Notes under the pieces: model-generated
Database searches by the model: none
What the model saw: the letters and a program-made list of their open reading frames with translations, nothing else
What the model was told of the DNA's origin: nothing
Position numbers and translations under genes: made by a program
Shown here: piece by piece, positions 47,232-50,804 of the stretch
How positions within the stretch are numbered: the first letter of the stretch is position 1
How the letters are laid out: the number at the start of each line of letters is the position of its first letter
Assembly: GCA_023299935.1 (NCBI GenBank)
Contig: JALZVV010000098.1
Location: forward strand, 1 to 50,804
DNA from: Dokdonia sp.
GTDB lineage: Bacteria > Bacteroidota > Bacteroidia > Flavobacteriales > Flavobacteriaceae
Reading direction: 5' to 3'
Length of the DNA stretch: 50,804 nt

Positions 47232-48902
47232 ATGAATACAATTTTAAAACCACTTGTTCTTAGTGCATTTGCAGCTGCCTTAGTTGTAGGCTGTGATACA
47301 CCTGCTGCTTTACTATCTGTACCTGCAGAAAATGTAGATAATAATCCCTTAAAAGTTGCGGCGCTTACAGATGTTCAAGAAAAAGCATGGAGTTCTAAGG
47401 ACCTAAAATCAGACACTATTCCCGGAATGAGTGTGGAGAAAACCTATAGAGAAATTCTTCCAGGAAAATCTGCAACCCAAACTATTGTTGCCGTAATTGA
47501 CAGTGGTATTGATATTGAGCACGAAGACTTAAAAAATGTTATCTGGACCAACCCAAAAGAAATTGCGGGTAATGGCAAGGATGATGACAATAATGGGTAT
47601 GTAGATGACGTACATGGCTGGAATTTTCTAGGAGATATCGAAGCAGAGCAATTAGAATTTGCTCGTATCATAGATCGTTACGACGCTGAGTTTTCCGGAA
47701 AATCACTAGCTTCTGTAGCTGCAGATAAAAAAGAGATTTTTCAAGTCTATCAGAAAGCAAAACAAGAACACACTCAAAAATCAGGAGAAACAGAGCAAAA
47801 CAAACAACGCTATACTCAGATTTTAGGGCAGGTTACAACTTCACATGCTGCTGTAAAAACAGTGCTAGGAAAAGAAGATTATACGGCTGCAGATCTTTCG
47901 GGAATTAAAAACCCTAATGAAGAAATGCAAAATCATATTGGGCTTTTAACTCAGATGTTCCAGTTTAGCGATTCTATGCCTGACTTTATGAAAAATCTTA
48001 ATGATGGTTTAGATTTCTTTAATGGGCAACTAGAAGCAAACTATGCCTTAGGAGCAAGCTTCAGAAGTGTGTTAGGAGACGATCCTTATGACATTACTGA
48101 TACCTCTTATGGAAATAACAACGTAATAGGTCCAGAAAAAAGCGGAGCTAGACACGGAACTCACGTTGCTGGAATTATTGCAGCACAGCGCGATAATGGT
48201 AAAGGAATGAATGGTGTTGCAAATAGTAACATTAAGATTATGGCGCTTCGTGCAGTCCCAGATGGTGATGAGTATGATAAGGATATTGCGCTAGCAATTC
48301 GTTATGCTGTAGACAATGGAGCAAAAGTGATTAACACGAGTTTTGGAAAATATTATGCACAAAATCCAGAATGGGTGTATGATGCTATAAAATATGCAGC
48401 AAAAAACGATGTTCTTATCGTAAATGCAGCTGGAAATGAAGGATTAAACTTAGATGACCCAACCAATAGAGTATATCCTAATGATCAATTAGATAATCTA
48501 ACAGAAATGGGAGACACTTTTTTGACTGTAGGAGCCTTAGCGCCAACCTATGGAGGAGAATTGGTTGCTAACTTCTCTAATTACGGTAAATCTAATGTAG
48601 ATGTTTTTGCGCCAGGCGTGCGTATCTACTCTACTACACCAGAAGACAACTATGAGTTTTTACAAGGTACTTCTATGGCCTCACCTAATACGGCTGGAGT
48701 TGCGGCTATGTTAAGAGCGTACTACCCAAAACTTAAAGCAAATCAAGTTAAGGATATCATTATGAAAAGTGGTCTTGAGACTACTACTTCAGTAATTGTG
48801 TCTGGAGATCCAGATAAAAGAGCTGCTTTTAAAGACCTTTCTAAATCTGGAGAAATGGTTAATATGTACAATGCCTTTAGACTGGCAGAACTTCAAAAAT
48901 AA
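47232..48902 (+). CDS. S8 subtilisin-like serine peptidase (lipoprotein)
   Basis: Lipobox VVGC; catalytic motifs VIDSG, HGTHVAG, AAGN, GTSMASP. Confidence 0.93.
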   Translation: MNTILKPLVLSAFAAALVVGCDTPAALLSVPAENVDNNPLKVAALTDVQEKAWSSKDLKSDTIPGMSVEKTYREILPGKSATQTIVAVIDSGIDIEHEDLKNVIWTNPKEIAGNGKDDDNNGYVDDVHGWNFLGDIEAEQLEFARIIDRYDAEFSGKSLASVAADKKEIFQVYQKAKQEHTQKSGETEQNKQRYTQILGQVTTSHAAVKTVLGKEDYTAADLSGIKNPNEEMQNHIGLLTQMFQFSDSMPDFMKNLNDGLDFFNGQLEANYALGASFRSVLGDDPYDITDTSYGNNNVIGPEKSGARHGTHVAGIIAAQRDNGKGMNGVANSNIKIMALRAVPDGDEYDKDIALAIRYAVDNGAKVINTSFGKYYAQNPEWVYDAIKYAAKNDVLIVNAAGNEGLNLDDPTNRVYPNDQLDNLTEMGDTFLTVGALAPTYGGELVANFSNYGKSNVDVFAPGVRIYSTTPEDNYEFLQGTSMASPNTAGVAAMLRAYYPKLKANQVKDIIMKSGLETTTSVIVSGDPDKRAAFKDLSKSGEMVNMYNAFRLAELQK

Positions 48903-48905
48903 AAC

Positions 48906-50747
48906 ATGAATACTATTTTTAAGCTTACGGTTTTTGTTGCGGTATTCGTTTTCGCGAAAGCGGACTCACTTGCACAAAACACATCATACTGGCAACAACA
49001 TGTAGATTATCAGATGGATATTGATATGAATGTCAATAACTATCAATACGATGGAAAACAGGAGCTAGTGTATACAAACAATTCTCCAGATACATTAAAG
49101 CAGGTGTTTTATCACCTTTATTTTAATGCTTTCCAACCCGGAAGTGAAATGGATGTACGTTCACGCACCATTGCAGATGCAGATAGACGTGTGCAGGACC
49201 GTATAAGTAAGCTAGGGCCGGACGAAATAGGCTTTATTGAAGTAAATTCTTTAAAACAAAACGGTAAAAAGTTAGATTTTCAAATAGCAGGAACCGTTCT
49301 TGAAGTTAATCTTGCTAAGCCTATACTGCCTGGTGCTAAAACTACCTTTAAAATGGATTTTAAGGGACAAGTGCCTGTGCAAGTACGCCGCAGCGGCCGT
49401 AATAATGCCGAAGGCGTTGCGCTTTCTATGACGCAATGGTATCCTAAAATGGCAGAATATGATTTTGAGGGTTGGCATGCAGATCCGTATATCGCTAGAG
49501 AGTTTCACAGTGTCTGGGGAGATTTTGATGTAAAGCTCACTATTGATGCAGATTATACTGTGGGTGGTACAGGCTACTTACAGAACGGAAACGAAGTAGG
49601 ACATGGTTATCAAGATGCAGGGGTGAAGCCAGGAAAAGCAAAAAAAGGGAAATACACCTGGCATTTTGTAGCTCCTAATGTGCACGACTTTACCTGGGCA
49701 GCAGATCCAGATTATATTCACGATACGCTGGAAGCAGAAAACGGAGTAAAACTCCATTTTCTCTATAAAAATGATCCTGAGATCAAAGAAAACTGGAAAA
49801 ACCTACAGCCTAAAACGGCTCAAATTTTATCCTACCTCAGCAAACACGTAGGGCAATATCCATATAAGCAATACTCTGTAATTCAAGGAGGAGATGGTGG
49901 TATGGAGTATGCCATGTGTACGCTCATCACAGGAAAACGTAAATTTGGAAGTCTGGTGGGAGTAACTGCACATGAGTTTGCACACACTTGGTTTCAATTT
50001 TTATTAGCTTCTAACGAGGCAAAACACGAATGGATGGATGAAGGATTTACCTCTTATATTTCTGCCCATGCTATGAACACGGTGATGGATGAAAATAAAG
50101 AGAGCCCTACCGCTGGTTCTTATAGTGGCTATTATAGACTCGTAGAGAGTGGATTTGAACAACCACAATCTACCCATGCCGATCGTTATAATAGAAATTT
50201 TGCATACGGGGTAGCAGCATACAGCAAAGGAGCTGTTTTTCTTTCTCAATTAGAATATGTGATTGGAAAAGAAAATGTGGCTAAAACACTCAAGAAATAT
50301 TTTGATGATTTTGCTTTTAAGCACCCTACACCTAACGATATCAAGCGCACTGCAGAGAAAGTATCTGGAATACAATTAGACTGGTATCTCACAGATTGGA
50401 CACAGACCACAAACACCATTGATTATGCGATCAAAGAAGTGGTGGCAGATGGGAATAAAACAAAAATAACGCTAGAGCGCAAAGGTTTAATGCCTATGCC
50501 TATTGATTTATATGTAACAATGGGCAACAAACAGGAGTCGCATTATATTCCATTGCGTATGATGCGTGCAGAAAAGGCTAACCCTACGCCAGATATGCCT
50601 AGAATGCAACAAGAAGACTGGCCTTGGACTAATCCTACCTATACCTTTACTATAGATGCACCACTATCTGCGATTGATACGATTATGATAGATCCAAGTA
50701 AACTTATGGCAGATGTAGATCAAGAAAACAATAGCTGGAAGAAATAA
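48906..50747 (+). CDS. M1 family metallo-aminopeptidase (secreted)
   Basis: GGMEY, HEFAH..(18)..E (WMDEG), YSKG. Confidence 0.92.
   Translation: MNTIFKLTVFVAVFVFAKADSLAQNTSYWQQHVDYQMDIDMNVNNYQYDGKQELVYTNNSPDTLKQVFYHLYFNAFQPGSEMDVRSRTIADADRRVQDRISKLGPDEIGFIEVNSLKQNGKKLDFQIAGTVLEVNLAKPILPGAKTTFKMDFKGQVPVQVRRSGRNNAEGVALSMTQWYPKMAEYDFEGWHADPYIAREFHSVWGDFDVKLTIDADYTVGGTGYLQNGNEVGHGYQDAGVKPGKAKKGKYTWHFVAPNVHDFTWAADPDYIHDTLEAENGVKLHFLYKNDPEIKENWKNLQPKTAQILSYLSKHVGQYPYKQYSVIQGGDGGMEYAMCTLITGKRKFGSLVGVTAHEFAHTWFQFLLASNEAKHEWMDEGFTSYISAHAMNTVMDENKESPTAGSYSGYYRLVESGFEQPQSTHADRYNRNFAYGVAAYSKGAVFLSQLEYVIGKENVAKTLKKYFDDFAFKHPTPNDIKRTAEKVSGIQLDWYLTDWTQTTNTIDYAIKEVVADGNKTKITLERKGLMPMPIDLYVTMGNKQESHYIPLRMMRAEKANPTPDMPRMQQEDWPWTNPTYTFTIDAPLSAIDTIMIDPSKLMADVDQENNSWKK
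48947..48962. repeat. Iterated palindrome copy 12 (1 mismatch), in the M1 peptidase signal-peptide region
   Basis: CGTTTTCGCGAAAGCG, encodes VFAKA. Confidence 0.75.
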
Positions 50748-50774
50748 ACGTTCTTTTAAGGCTACAATAAAAGT

Positions 50775-50803
50775 AAACCCGCCAGCAAATGGCGGGTTTT
50801 TTT
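50775..50803 (+). terminator. Rho-independent terminator
   Basis: AAACCCGCCA-GCAAA-TGGCGGGTTTTTTT. Confidence 0.85.
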
Positions 50804-50804
50804 A

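Noticed and set aside
507-48962. Interpreting the iterated palindrome as a CRISPR repeat, IS/MITE end, Chi site or terminator
   Set aside because: Copies are kilobases apart with no spacers, no transposase or target duplications, and no U tracts. Chi sites are non-palindromic and strand-biased.
651-50249. Numerous 60-155 aa ORFs antisense to or overlapping housekeeping genes
   Set aside because: No recognisable motifs, and they are fully explained as shadow ORFs.

Overview
AT-rich (roughly 35-37% GC by eye) core-chromosome window of a Flavobacteriaceae bacterium, probably a marine genus such as Dokdonia. The assignment rests on TAnnTTTG promoters, a T9SS cargo protein and gene content. Genes: ileS (5'-partial), dksA-like, lspA, rimK/deacylase/5-FTHF cyclo-ligase, uvrC, PlpD-like patatin, pyk, rnc-fabF-acpP, purN, RNase HI, pfkB, purF, SOD, AddA/AddB-like genes flanking kbl-ompA, a three-gene porin/SdiA-regulated/triple-repeat lipoprotein operon next to tRNA-Ala(GGC), Usp, MATE, CPA1 antiporter and secreted peptidases. 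No transposase, integrase, phage gene or CRISPR array was seen. The most striking signal is a highly iterated 12-16 bp palindrome, (CG)CTTTCGCGAAAG(CG), found 12 times by eye (9 with a perfect 12-bp core, 3 with one mismatch). Ten copies lie inside unrelated genes, in all three reading frames (AFAKA, RFRES, LSRK), and two lie at apparent transcription starts. This pattern resembles DNA-uptake sequences, HIP1 or chromosome-organising sites. Other signals: a probable frameshift in an SH3 lipoprotein gene, a candidate sRNA after purF, a terminator-like hairpin inside rnc, a perfect LacI/PurR-type operator upstream of the pyk operon, 11-bp-phased repeats upstream of the porin operon, and parallel possibly leaderless starts for addA and addB.
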